Notes under the pieces: model-generated
The model's database searches: none
What the model saw: only the letters and a program-made list of their open reading frames with translations
Told to the model about the DNA's origin: nothing
Assembly: GCA_041648735.1 (NCBI GenBank)
Contig: JBAZOO010000003.1
Span: forward strand, 53,670-117,669
DNA: 64,000 nt
DNA from: Lentisphaeria bacterium
GTDB lineage: Bacteria; Verrucomicrobiota; Lentisphaeria; Oligosphaerales; CAITYL01
Direction: 5' to 3'
Translations under genes and position numbers: made by a program
In this document: positions 22,944 through 32,800 of the stretch, one piece after another
Numbering within the stretch: position 1 is the stretch's first letter
How the letters are laid out: each line of letters begins with the position of its first letter

Positions 22944-24122
22944 TCACTCCGCGGCGGCGGTCAACACCAGATGGTCGCGGTGGATGAGTTCATCGTAGAC
23001 CACGGGGCCAAGAATGGCGGGCAGCTCGGCGGTGGCATGTCCGACGATCCGGGCCGCGTCGGCGCTGTCATAGTTGGAGATGCCGCGGGCGATCTCGCGC
23101 CCCTCGCCGTCGAGCACCCGCAGGGTGTCGCCCCGCTTGAAGTTGCCGCGGACTTCGCCGACCCCCTTGGGCAGCAGGCTCTTGCCGCCCTGGAGCAGTG
23201 CCCGCGCCGCGCCGGCGTCCACCACCAGTTCCCCCGCCGGCCGGGAGAAGAAGGCGAGGAAGCGCTTGTGCGCGCTCAGCTTCGTCCGGCGGCCGGGGAT
23301 GAACAGGGTGCCGAGGTCGGCGCCCGCGAAGAGGCGCGGGAGCACGCCGAAGTCGTGGCCGTCGGCGATCCAGAGGGCGGCGCCGCTCTTGAGGATGCGC
23401 TCCGCGCCGAGCAGCTTGGTGATCATGCCGCCGGTGGAGAAGGGGTTGCCGTCCGTGCCGCCCGCCATCGCCTTGAGGTCGCGGGTGACGGCGGTGACCA
23501 CGGAGAGGCGCCGCCCCAGCTCGCCGTCGCCGAGACGCTCGCGCATGCCGTCAATGGTGGTCAGCAGGATGGCCAGCTCGGCGCCGACCATGGCCGCGAC
23601 CAGCGAGGCCAGGGTGTCGTTGTCGCCAAACTTGATCTCGTCCACCGCCACCGAATCGTTCTCGTTGATCACCGGCAGCACCCCCATTTTCAGCATCTCC
23701 TGGAGGCAGGAGGAGACGTTGAGGTTGCGCTCCCGGTCGCGCACGTCGGCGGCGGTGAGCAGGAGCTGGCCGCAATGGAAGCCGTAGACGCCGCAGGCGG
23801 TCTCGTAAAGGGACATCAGGCGGCACTGGCCAAGGCCGGCCAGCGCCTGGAGCGCGGGGATCTCCTTCGGCCGCCGCTCCAGCCCCAGGGCCTTGATGGC
23901 GGTGCCGATGGCGCCGGAGGTGACAAGGATCACCTCCAGCCCGCGCTGGCGCAGGGCGGCGAGCTGGGCCACCAGCTCGAACACCCGCTGCGCCTCGGTC
24001 GTGCCCGGCACCCGCATCAGAAGCTGCGAGCCGACCTTCACCACCACCCGCTTGACGCCCCGGAGCAGCTCCGCGCGCTGGCCGTCGTCCTGATAGGAAA
24101 TGCTCATCGCCGAACTCTCCAT
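22944..24122 (-). CDS. proB: glutamate 5-kinase (with C-terminal PUA domain)
   Basis: VVVKVGSQLL, TSGAIGTA, VINENDSVAVDEIKFGDNDTLAS, C-terminal PUA-like GEVRGNFKRGDTLRVLD. Start at M73 (24122) or M78 (24107); the longer track ORF runs antisense through tRNA-Pro. Confidence 0.9.
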   Translation of the reverse strand: MESSAMSISYQDDGQRAELLRGVKRVVVKVGSQLLMRVPGTTEAQRVFELVAQLAALRQRGLEVILVTSGAIGTAIKALGLERRPKEIPALQALAGLGQCRLMSLYETACGVYGFHCGQLLLTAADVRDRERNLNVSSCLQEMLKMGVLPVINENDSVAVDEIKFGDNDTLASLVAAMVGAELAILLTTIDGMRERLGDGELGRRLSVVTAVTRDLKAMAGGTDGNPFSTGGMITKLLGAERILKSGAALWIADGHDFGVLPRLFAGADLGTLFIPGRRTKLSAHKRFLAFFSRPAGELVVDAGAARALLQGGKSLLPKGVGEVRGNFKRGDTLRVLDGEGREIARGISNYDSADAARIVGHATAELPAILGPVVYDELIHRDHLVLTAAAE

Positions 24123-24194
24123 CCGCCGGCCGCCCGCCGCATTGCCGGATGCGGCCTGGCATGATACATTACGCGCCCGCCAGCCGTTTTTTGT

Positions 24195-24272
24195 CGGAGC
24201 GTAGCGCAGTCTGGTTAGCGCGACTGCTTTGGGAGCAGTAGGTCGCGGGTTCGAATCCCGCCGCTCCGACCA
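24195..24272 (+). tRNA. tRNA-Pro (anticodon UGG), CCA encoded
   Basis: Acceptor stem CGGAGCG/CGCTCCG, D-arm GCGCAGTCTGGTTAGCGC, anticodon arm ACTGC-TTTGGGA-GCAGT (anticodon TGG), T-arm GCGGGTTCGAATCCCGC, discriminator A plus CCA. Folded by hand. Confidence 0.9.
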
Positions 24273-24348
24273 GTTTTCCCGGCCCCGGCGGCCGGCCTGC
24301 CCAACCGCGGGAAACCCCAACATAGCACGCGCCGGCAAAGTTGGAAGC

Positions 24349-24435
24349 GCCCGCGGAGTCCGCGGCGGGGGAAGTGTTTTCTCCGGGGTTTCCGTGTGCG
24401 CCGCGCGAAGACCGGATTTGCCTGCCCCCGCAAGG
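24349..24435 (+). repeat. dispersed 87-bp repeat, copy B (left boundary of island)
   Basis: GCCCGCGGAGTCCGCGGCGGGGGAAGTGTTTTCTCCGGGGTTTCCGTGTGCGCCGCGCGAAGACCGGATTTGCCTGCCCCCGCAAGG is 86/87 identical to copy C (40919..41005), in the same orientation. It starts 77 nt after the tRNA-Pro 3-prime end. Confidence 0.9.
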
Positions 24436-24663
24436 CTTCATCCCCGGCGGCTTCCGCGCCAGCGTCGCCTGGCGCGCCACCAACTGCCGCTCCTCGTTGG
24501 CCGCGATCTCCCCGTTCAGCCGTTCGACCTCCGCGATCCGGTCGGCCATCAGCAACTGGCCGGGGTCATCCCCGGCCTGACGCTCCGACTTCCGCCCGAA
24601 AAGCCGCTTCGGCAGCTTCGCCACCAGCCGCTTGAGCCGGGCTCTCGGCGTCTTTGCGGTCAT
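24436..24663 (-). pseudogene. short ORF overlapping the DUF499 stop (ATGA); possible truncated IS66-like N-terminal fragment
   Basis: MTAKTPRARLKRLVAKLPKRLFGRKSERQAGDDPGQLLMADRIAEVERLNGEIAANEERQ... The LFGRKSE motif is reminiscent of IS66-family transposase N-termini. The frame stays open through repeat B and antisense across tRNA-Pro (to 24169), so there is no credible native C-terminus. Confidence 0.25.
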
Positions 24664-27600
24664 GTCACCCGGAATCCCGACTTCAGGTCCTCCAGGATCT
24701 TGTTGATCTCTGCGACCGTGCCCTCATCGGGAGTGTGTTCGGCATCGCCGACCTCGATGCGGACTCGGAACTTGATGGGGCAGCCCGACTTGCTCTTGAT
24801 GGCCAGGAGCTGGGGAACGGCGTCTCCGAGATCCTGGATCCCGGAAGGGTCAAGCTCCGCCTCTGCCCATTTGACATTGGTCTCGTGGACTTCCCTGCCA
24901 CCGGAACCACCGCCGTAGCCGCCGCCGTAGCCACCGCCCTTTCCGCCGCTCGTCGCGACCTTGAGCTTGACGCCTTGGGCGGAGGGGTACTCACACGGCC
25001 ACGAACCGGAGGTCGGATCCAGTTCCGTGAACCGGGCGTTCAGTGACGCCGCAATGACCTCGCGCACGGTCTTCCATGGGAGCGTCTTCCCTGACTTCTG
25101 CGACAACGCCGTGGCCACTGCGAGGGCAGTCGTCTGGTCGTTGGCCCATGCGTCCGGCAGGTTCGCGGGCAGGATCTCGGCGGCCGCGATCATCGCCGGT
25201 GGCCGTTGGAGAGAGGCCTGGTTGCTGAGCACCCCGGCAGGGATGGGTTCGCCGAGGATGCTCGCGGGCCCGCTCGTGAGCCAGAGCGCGCCCTCTTCCA
25301 CCGCCAGTGTGACGCCTGCCTTGACCACCTCCTCGCGGGCCTTGGGGATCGCCAGCGGCTCCATGTACCCATTCCGCTGGACCTGGACGATGTTGCCGCC
25401 CTTGAAGTAGTCCACCACGTCCTGCACGCTGATGGCCTCGCCCGGCCACAATCCGGGCAGGCGGCCAGGGGCAAGCAGGGCAGGCGGGATGTCTCCCAGT
25501 TCAGCCGCTTCCGGCAATACCAGTTCAAGCGCGGGATCAGCCATGGCCGCCTCGTCAGGGCGCGAGCGCCACCAGGTACGTACGGAACCGTCGGGACGGC
25601 TGAGTCTCAGCACGAACGATCCCGCGTCACACCCGGCGACAAGAGTGTCGGCGATGGCTTGGGCCTTCAGCATCTTGGGCAGGTGTGGCAACTGCGCGAA
25701 CGCCCCGGACAGGTCCTTGACGCGGCGGCTCGTCTCGCCCTCCCGCCACAGATTGTATGGGCCGTCCGGCAGTAGTGCCTCGGCGGTGATCGAAGAGTCC
25801 TGAATCCGGGATCGGGAGTCGTTCTTGACGATGGTGAAATGCGCGTCTTCGGTCACGTTGATCTTGAAGGCCTGCACCTCGTTCCTGTCCGAAACGGAGA
25901 CGACCGTGCAGTACGCCTGCTTCACCGCGTCGGGGATACGGCCCCGAGCCTTGTCGCTGCTGATGGTCAGGGTCTGCAGGCGCGCCACGTCGACGTTGCC
26001 GTCCTTCTCCTGCTCCTTCAGATCCGACCGGACTTCCTCCCATGCCAGATAGTCGCGGACCCTGGCCGACGCCACCTCCAGTCCGTCCCGCGACGGTGCG
26101 AGCAGGATCAGTGCATTGCGGTAAACCCGGGGTTTCTCCGGGCCGGTCGTCTCATCCAGGTAGCGTTTGGCCTCGGCGCTGGGTTTCCCCGAATCGCTGG
26201 TGGCGCTTGGCCCGAGGATGCCGAAGTGGAACGCTCCGTCGTCCTCGATGTCGCGCGGCCGCGTTGGCAGCAGGTGGACGCGGACGCCTGCTGCGGAAGC
26301 CCCGGCGCTCAGGGTCTTGCACTTGCCGACCTCATCGAGCAGTCGCGCCCGCACCACATCGTCGGACACCCGGCTTGCCGCCACGGCGTGCATCTGAGTC
26401 AAGTTGGGGCGATTCCCCAGCCGCCAGGTATCCGGCAGCAGGTTCTCCTCGGTGGCGGCGTACCGGTCGTCGAGCCAGAAGCTGGTCTGCGCCCAGCGCG
26501 TCAGTCCCTTCTCCAGTTCGATCCGGTCGGGACGGCTGGGGGCGATGAGCACCATCAGGTCCCGGGTGCGCGCACTCTGGCCAATCGGCTGGGAATGCAG
26601 GAAGGTGGCGACAACGGCCTGCTCGACCTCCCGGTAACGAAGCCCCACCGATTCCCGTTGGATGTCGCGAGCTTTGCCGGTCTCGCCTTCGATGATCCCC
26701 GTCCACGCCTGCTTCTTGCCCTCGTGCTCTTCGGTGTCCGCCACCGTCACCAGCTCCCGCATCGCCTCCGAAAGCCCTTCGCGCTTGGGGTCGGCGAGGA
26801 ACACGGCGGGCCCCACCAGGGGGCTGGTATCCCAGCGCTCCGCCTCCCGTAGCGCCAGGGCGAAGGTCCGCAAGACGCCCCGGGTTCGCTGGAAGCGATC
26901 CAGTTGCGTCCATTTCGCATAGAAGACTTCCGTGAGGTCGGGGTGGAACGGGTAACTCCTCAAGAAGCGCTCCTCGGCCTCCGCGCCCTGCTTCTTCGTC
27001 TGCTCGTCGATATCGAACACCCCCTTGATCGCCGCTTGGACGTGGGCGCGGAACGCATCCTTGTCCTTGATCGATTCGGGAGTGAAGAACCGGCGGCGCA
27101 GCACTTCGGCCACGTCCTCCTTCACCACGGGCTCGACGATGGCCTCGCGCTGGCGCTGGAAGATGTCGTACAGCTCGCCCTGCAACTGCCGCCCGAAGCT
27201 GTCGCTTTTCGCCGGATCGCTGGCCAGCAGCGAGGCCACGACACAGCAGCGGTCGACCTTGGTCGCGGCCTGGGTCAGGTACTGGAAGAAGTTCACCATG
27301 CGGTCGCGCCACTTGCGGTCGGCGGAGACCTTCTCCCGGACATACATCAGGACTTCATCGATCAGGATCAGCACGCCCAGACCTTCCTTGACCGGCAGTT
27401 CCAGCAGTTCGGTCAAGGTGTTCTCCGCCGGAGCGGACTCGCGTTCGTCTGGCGACTTCCCGGCATTGAGCACCCGCAGACCTTCCTCGCCCGCCAGTTG
27501 CCACGCCAGGATGCTCCACGGCTGCACCAGCCGCCGGGTGTTGCCCTGCGGGTTCCGCACCTCCATGCCGGTCTCGACATCCAGCTTGTCGAAGCACAGC

Positions 27601-28025
27601 CCGGCCACCCGCGCCCGCGGCGGAGCCTGGCCTGCCTGTGCGTCGCACGCAGACAGGCCGATGGCTTCCTGGAATTCATGCACGGCGGGCAGGTCGGGCA
27701 ACTTCTCCGGGTCGGTGACCAGGTGCCGGAGCGTGATCAGCGTGTGCGTCTTGCCGCCGCCGTAGGTCAGGCTGAGCTGGCGCACCGCCTTGTCGTTCTT
27801 GCCCGCCACCCGCAGCACCACGTCCCGCACCAGTTGGCGCAGGTTGTAGGTGGGGAAGGTCAGCGCAAAGAAGTTGCTCGGGTCTTCATAGGTGGGCCGC
27901 TTGCCGCCCTGCATCATGACTTCATACAGGTCCGCCGCGAACATGTGCAGCGGCAGTTCGCCGGACTTCAGGTCATCCCGCAAGGTGACGACTTCGTGCC
28001 AGCTCTTCCATGGGTTCTTAGCCAT
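24660..28025 (-). CDS. DUF499-type P-loop ATPase (BrxC/PglY-like)
   Basis: N-terminus MAKNPWKSWHEVVTLRDDLKSGELPLHMFAADLYEV....YEDPSNFFALTFPTYNL..L and Walker A LTYGGGKTHTLITLRHL, then Walker B-like VLILIDEVLMY. This is the pattern I recognise for DUF499/COG1483. AGGAGGA lies 8 nt upstream of ATG 28025. A Gly/Tyr-rich linker sits near the C-terminus. Confidence 0.85.
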   Translation of the reverse strand: MAKNPWKSWHEVVTLRDDLKSGELPLHMFAADLYEVMMQGGKRPTYEDPSNFFALTFPTYNLRQLVRDVVLRVAGKNDKAVRQLSLTYGGGKTHTLITLRHLVTDPEKLPDLPAVHEFQEAIGLSACDAQAGQAPPRARVAGLCFDKLDVETGMEVRNPQGNTRRLVQPWSILAWQLAGEEGLRVLNAGKSPDERESAPAENTLTELLELPVKEGLGVLILIDEVLMYVREKVSADRKWRDRMVNFFQYLTQAATKVDRCCVVASLLASDPAKSDSFGRQLQGELYDIFQRQREAIVEPVVKEDVAEVLRRRFFTPESIKDKDAFRAHVQAAIKGVFDIDEQTKKQGAEAEERFLRSYPFHPDLTEVFYAKWTQLDRFQRTRGVLRTFALALREAERWDTSPLVGPAVFLADPKREGLSEAMRELVTVADTEEHEGKKQAWTGIIEGETGKARDIQRESVGLRYREVEQAVVATFLHSQPIGQSARTRDLMVLIAPSRPDRIELEKGLTRWAQTSFWLDDRYAATEENLLPDTWRLGNRPNLTQMHAVAASRVSDDVVRARLLDEVGKCKTLSAGASAAGVRVHLLPTRPRDIEDDGAFHFGILGPSATSDSGKPSAEAKRYLDETTGPEKPRVYRNALILLAPSRDGLEVASARVRDYLAWEEVRSDLKEQEKDGNVDVARLQTLTISSDKARGRIPDAVKQAYCTVVSVSDRNEVQAFKINVTEDAHFTIVKNDSRSRIQDSSITAEALLPDGPYNLWREGETSRRVKDLSGAFAQLPHLPKMLKAQAIADTLVAGCDAGSFVLRLSRPDGSVRTWWRSRPDEAAMADPALELVLPEAAELGDIPPALLAPGRLPGLWPGEAISVQDVVDYFKGGNIVQVQRNGYMEPLAIPKAREEVVKAGVTLAVEEGALWLTSGPASILGEPIPAGVLSNQASLQRPPAMIAAAEILPANLPDAWANDQTTALAVATALSQKSGKTLPWKTVREVIAASLNARFTELDPTSGSWPCEYPSAQGVKLKVATSGGKGGGYGGGYGGGSGGREVHETNVKWAEAELDPSGIQDLGDAVPQLLAIKSKSGCPIKFRVRIEVGDAEHTPDEGTVAEINKILEDLKSGFRVT

Positions 28026-28073
28026 TATGCCAGTCCTCCTGCTCGGCATTGCGTCTTGGATTGCGTCTAACAA

Positions 28074-28154
28074 TCAAATAAAACGCAATCGTTGTTAATT
28101 ATATCTCTTTGTAATTTAGGCTATTACAACTGTATATCTTGGATAGCCTTTGCG
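28074..28154 (-). promoter_or_regulatory. AT-rich spacer inside the operon, candidate internal promoter/UTR for the DUF499 gene
   Basis: Hand count of 28081-28140 gives ~27% GC in a ~60-70% GC context. This and the 27-nt spacer at 35532-35558 are the only sizeable intergenic gaps in the otherwise overlapping/abutting gene string. Confidence 0.3.
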
Positions 28155-29804
28155 TCATAGCTTGGTGTCTTTCGTAGAAACGACGCAATCTGCCATAACA
28201 GTCATCGGGTACCATTTGCCGGCCCGTGTCGTTCCTTCCAGGCGAATACGGTTTTCGTGTTTGAGTTGCCGAACTAAAGCTTGTACTTGGCATCTGGACA
28301 GACTCGGCAAGACTTGGAGCAATTCTTCCAGGCGACTGCCAGTATTGGCATTGTCCCGAATATGTTTAAGCAGCAGCTCCTTGTTGGTTTCTCGGTCAAG
28401 GCCGCGCTTTCTGGTGTAAACGCCTTTTTTGCCGATGGTGGCATAGAACCGTCGTCCCAGAATAAAGCGTCCGTGCGCAACCCGTTCGATTACACCACGG
28501 TCAATCAGGAACGGAATCCGATCCCGCAGATTATCGGGAACTGGTTGATCGCGGCGGACATGGTTGACCACGAGAAAATCAGCCGTTCCAAAACTCTGAA
28601 GGGTCTCCAAGCCGATACGCTCCATCATGGTCAACAGTTTAGGGTCTTGAACCAGACCGTCTAAGGTCAAGGTCACATGCATGCGATCCGTGCCTCTGAA
28701 GTCCGGGAGAGCTTTGGCCTGCTTGACGCTCAACTCGAACATCAGGTTCATCCCCTGCCCCGATCGTTCGACAAGGCCACAACGCGCCAGGATGTCGGCG
28801 ATCCGCCGGTTGCGTGGCGACTGCCGATCCAGGATGTTTTCCAGGGTGATGTCCGGCGGGAAACCACCGGGGCTGTCCACAACGAGCCGTTGCGGGTACT
28901 GGCGAACGAAGACGGGGCCGCCCAACTGGTAGTCGCGGTGGCACACGGCATTCAGCACGGCTTCGCGCACGACCCGTTCATCAAAGGTGAGCACATCGAA
29001 AACGAAGAGTCCGTCCTGATAGTGCTGCTTACTGTTGCGCAGATTAATCAATTCCCACAGCCGGTCGTGAAACGCGAAGAGACCCTGCCGGAACTCATCC
29101 CGCTGTTGAGCCGGACCCGATGCTTCATTGGCCCGGTATTCAAAAATCACCTCGGCCTGCCCAAGCAGACGGCCAAGAGCCTCCCGACGGCCAAAGAGGG
29201 TTAGGGCGGCATAGGTGACACCCTTGTCGGTGATCGCCTCGCAGTCAAGCAGCAACTGCTCCTGCGACTTTGCCGCTATGCCTGAAGATCTCGACTTCTC
29301 CAGCCACTTTCGCCTGAACGCTTCAATGGCATCGCCGTCCAGATCGGTCAGGTCAGCCCCCTTGCATATGTCCGCCGAGAAATCATGACCGACTTCGGCG
29401 AAGATCGCCCGCATCTCCTCCATCGGCATCTCGACCAGACTGTCGCCTTCCCGCCACCAGGTGATCCCCTTGTCCTGGATGGGCACACCCACCGGACGCG
29501 GCGGGATGTCGAACACCAGTATGCGTTTGCCCTCGTGATTGAGCAGATGAAAGTCGACCCGCAGCCGCAACCGTTCCATCAGGCCATTGCGCGTCCGTTC
29601 CGGTTGTTCGAATGCCTTGCTGCCGACAACTTGGCGCGGGCGCTTGTCGGTAATCCCGAACACCACATAACCTCCACCCCGATTGGCCAGGGCGCAGGCA
29701 TACTTGGCCAGGTCGTCGAATTCAAAGGAGTTCTCAGCCCGTTTGAACTCGATATTTTCGCCTTCCTTGGCCTCCAACAGCCAAGCTATTTCGGGAACTC
29801 TCAT
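28155..29804 (-). CDS. COG2865-type regulator: AlbA_2/Schlafen-like N-domain + HATPase_c_4-like domain + C-terminal winged HTH
   Basis: EGENIEFKRAENSFEFDDLAKYACALANRGGGYVVFGI (AlbA_2 pattern), REAVLNAVCHRDYQLGGPVFVRQYPQRLVVDSPGGFP (HATPase_c_4 pattern), and a C-terminal helical wHTH-like region. The start overlaps the MTase stop (ATGA at 29801-29804). Sample lines are ~53-55% GC. Confidence 0.8.
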   Translation of the reverse strand: MRVPEIAWLLEAKEGENIEFKRAENSFEFDDLAKYACALANRGGGYVVFGITDKRPRQVVGSKAFEQPERTRNGLMERLRLRVDFHLLNHEGKRILVFDIPPRPVGVPIQDKGITWWREGDSLVEMPMEEMRAIFAEVGHDFSADICKGADLTDLDGDAIEAFRRKWLEKSRSSGIAAKSQEQLLLDCEAITDKGVTYAALTLFGRREALGRLLGQAEVIFEYRANEASGPAQQRDEFRQGLFAFHDRLWELINLRNSKQHYQDGLFVFDVLTFDERVVREAVLNAVCHRDYQLGGPVFVRQYPQRLVVDSPGGFPPDITLENILDRQSPRNRRIADILARCGLVERSGQGMNLMFELSVKQAKALPDFRGTDRMHVTLTLDGLVQDPKLLTMMERIGLETLQSFGTADFLVVNHVRRDQPVPDNLRDRIPFLIDRGVIERVAHGRFILGRRFYATIGKKGVYTRKRGLDRETNKELLLKHIRDNANTGSRLEELLQVLPSLSRCQVQALVRQLKHENRIRLEGTTRAGKWYPMTVMADCVVSTKDTKL

Positions 29805-32800
29805 GCCTGTTCCTCCAGTGCGAAACGACCCTGTTTGTCATCCTTCACCGCCCCGCGTGCGCCGATGTGGTTGCTGAGGCTTTCCAGTAATGTACGCTCT
29901 TCGCTGCCACGCTCGGACAGCTCGATCAGGGACTGGACGAGGCGGCGGAACAGCTCGTGGCGGCGGAGGCCATTGTCGTCCAGGTATTCGTCGACCTTGT
30001 GGACGTCGCCCGCCCGCCAGAGGTGCATGAGCCGATGGATGCGGTCGATCAGGGGGACCGGACGGCCTGCCTGCCGCGACGCACTCGGCGCAGGCAGGCC
30101 GCTCGGCGCATCATAGCCCATGTTCCGACCCTGGCGCTGCGACCACGGCTTGAGCCTCATCTGGCCGCCGGAACTGGTGCCGCCAGAGTCGCTGTCCTCA
30201 TCGTCGGACAGGTCGGACTCGTCAGACGCGTCGGACTCATCCGCAAGCGGGACGCTTGCGCCACCCTTGGTCGAGATCAGATCCCAGGTGACTTCAAGGT
30301 CGTGATCGGAGATCCCGCAGGCGGTGGCGTAGAGAATGCAGGCTCCGGCGGGGGCTTCCTCGAGCCCGAAGTCATGGCGGTGCAGCAGGTAGTAGGCGGT
30401 CGGGCTGTCCATGTCTCCCAAGGGTGGCGCAACCGTCCCGGTTGCGATCTCTCCGGATGGCAAGCGGGACGCTTGCCCCACCATTACCTCACCAACGACG
30501 AAATCCACCACCATGCGGCGCACGTGGACGAGGAACTCGCCCACGCTCATGATCTGGCCGGGATCGTTGGCCTTCTTGACCACCGGGTGTTTGCTGTAGG
30601 CCTCCAGCGCCGGGCCGGTCGCGGCCCAGACAAAGTCCGGCCCGCGAATCCCCGCGTCCCAGAAGTCCCGCAGCCGCGTCGTGATATTGGCCCGCATCTC
30701 CTCCAGCACCCGGTTGTCCCAGCCCAGCCTGGCGGCGGTGGGGCGCTTTCGGCAGACAATCCACAGGGAGGAGGCAAGGGCGGCGGAGGCTATGCCTCTT
30801 GTCCGGTTCGCCATCTCTGTCTGGATCGGCCAACTGCCGTCGACGATGAAACCCGCCCGGATTATCGCCGACGCCAGCGTCTCCCATGCATCAGGATGCT
30901 TGTGAGCGAAAACAATGACGAGGCGGCCATCCGGCTGGAGGCTCTTCTCGCAGGCCACGAAGGCCCGCGCCATGCCGTCCTCGTAGGCAGCCTTGGACTT
31001 CTCCGCATCGCCGCCGTGGCGGCTGGAATCGTCGATCAGTTCACCGTCATTGGCCTCACGGTCCCATTTCGGCGACGTACTCGCCGCGAAGACCGAGGAA
31101 GGATCCAGCCGCGTGCCATGGACAACCCGTTTGATCCAGACGTAGAAGAAATCCATGCAATCGGAATAGGGAATGGCATCGTAGTAAGGCGGGTCCGTAA
31201 GAACAAGATCAAAGTTGCCAACAACGGTTTCTGTTGCTGAACGCTTCTGCACGGTCGGCTTGGCCAGATCACCTCCGGTATTGACCGCCGTATCAACTGA
31301 CCTGGTTACCGATCCCAGCATCGACTCCCAACTGCCTGATGCACCACCGATAGGATTAGTCTCGGCACAATCCCACTTGATCGGCAGGGCAAAACGGTTG
31401 AACAAGTGCGTGATCTGTTCGTTCTGGGTGTACCAGGATGCCAAGGAGCTTCCATAGTCAAGCATCTTGCTCATAACGCAGGCCAGATATGCCGCAGCGG
31501 CTTCGCGCCAGTCGGGCGGCAAGGCGGCGTCGCTGGTGGCGGTGACGCCCCGGATCTGCCGCACCAGCGTCCCCAGCGCCAGCAACTGCCGCGAGGTGAA
31601 CAGGTCGCACCACCGCATAAGGCCATAGCCCTGGATGGAGAACGCCCGACCCGCGCCACTGCCGCCCCCGGCGGGTGTGGGTTCCGTGGGCAACCCAAAC
31701 GGGATCTCGGCGAAGACGCGCTCAAGTTCGGCTGCGGCGCGGCTGGCGCAGTCGATCTCATGGGCGGTCGGTAGACGGTAGGCTTTGCTGGTCTGGCTCT
31801 CGGTGACCACGGCGGTGGCGACCATCCCCAACCGTCCGGCTTTGCCCTCGAACCGGATGTCCTCCATGGTCATGATGGCCGAGCAGCAGGGACACTGCGC
31901 CCCGGCCCGGGACATGGTGCCCGCGCCGATCCGCTTGTCGTGCTCGCGGCGCTGGGCGGCGTTGCCTCCCTGGGCCGGGACATCGGCGTCGATGCCAAAG
32001 ACCAGGGTGGGGCAACCGTCCCGGTTGCCATCTTCCTGCTCCACCTTCGCAAGCGGGACGCTTGCGCCACCCTTCACCTCCATGGTCAGCAGCACGCGCT
32101 TGTTGGCCTTCTTGCAGAGCCACCGAGTCTTGAGCAGCGGCACGGTAGCCCGGCAGTTCTTGCAGGTGACTGTGCGGGCCCAGAGATAGGCGACCGTCGG
32201 CTTGGCCACCCAACGCGGGTTCCGCTTGTCCGCCAGGTACTCCGCCGAGAACTCGGCGTTCAGCGCCTCGAGGTTCGGAGTGCCGTCGTCCTTGAGCGGC
32301 ACCAGACGCATCAAGGGTGGGGCAAGCGTCCCGCTTGCCTTCTTCTGAAAGCTCCAGAGCTGCTCGACCCTGGCCGTGTCGTACTCGCCCGCCCGAGCAC
32401 TCCCGACAACCGGGTTGTTCATGATGTACTGCTCGATCCGCCACAGGGACTGCGGACTCCGCACGATATGGTCGTAGCTCTCGTGCTGCCAGAACTCGCC
32501 TTCCCGGCCAAGGAGCTTGTTGATTGCATGGGCGGTGAAGGACTTCCAGGAATGCAGCACGTCGGAGAGGGTGTGGTTGTCCCTCGGTCTGACCAACGCA
32601 TGGACATGGTTGGGCATAATGCACCATGCCCCCAAGTCGTACCGACTCCCATCGAAATGCATCAAGGTGTCCGCGACGATCCGGCGAACCTGCGGACTCC
32701 GCAGATGGCACTCGCCCTCGCCAGCGTCCAGCCATGCCTCCATGCGATCATTGAAGAGACGGTAATACTCTTTGCGGAGTTCGGGGGTCAGTTCCGACTC

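Noticed and set aside
22944-24272. tRNA-Pro lying next to proB (proline biosynthesis) as a possible regulatory link
   Set aside because: The genes are divergent or convergent neighbours with no leader or T-box-like structure that I could see. This is most likely coincidence.
24169-24338. Coding potential across tRNA-Pro (N-terminal extension of proB ORF 22944..24338 and the tail of ORF 24169..24663)
   Set aside because: Both frames simply read antisense through a well-folding tRNA and a repeat. proB has proper internal starts at 24122 and 24107.
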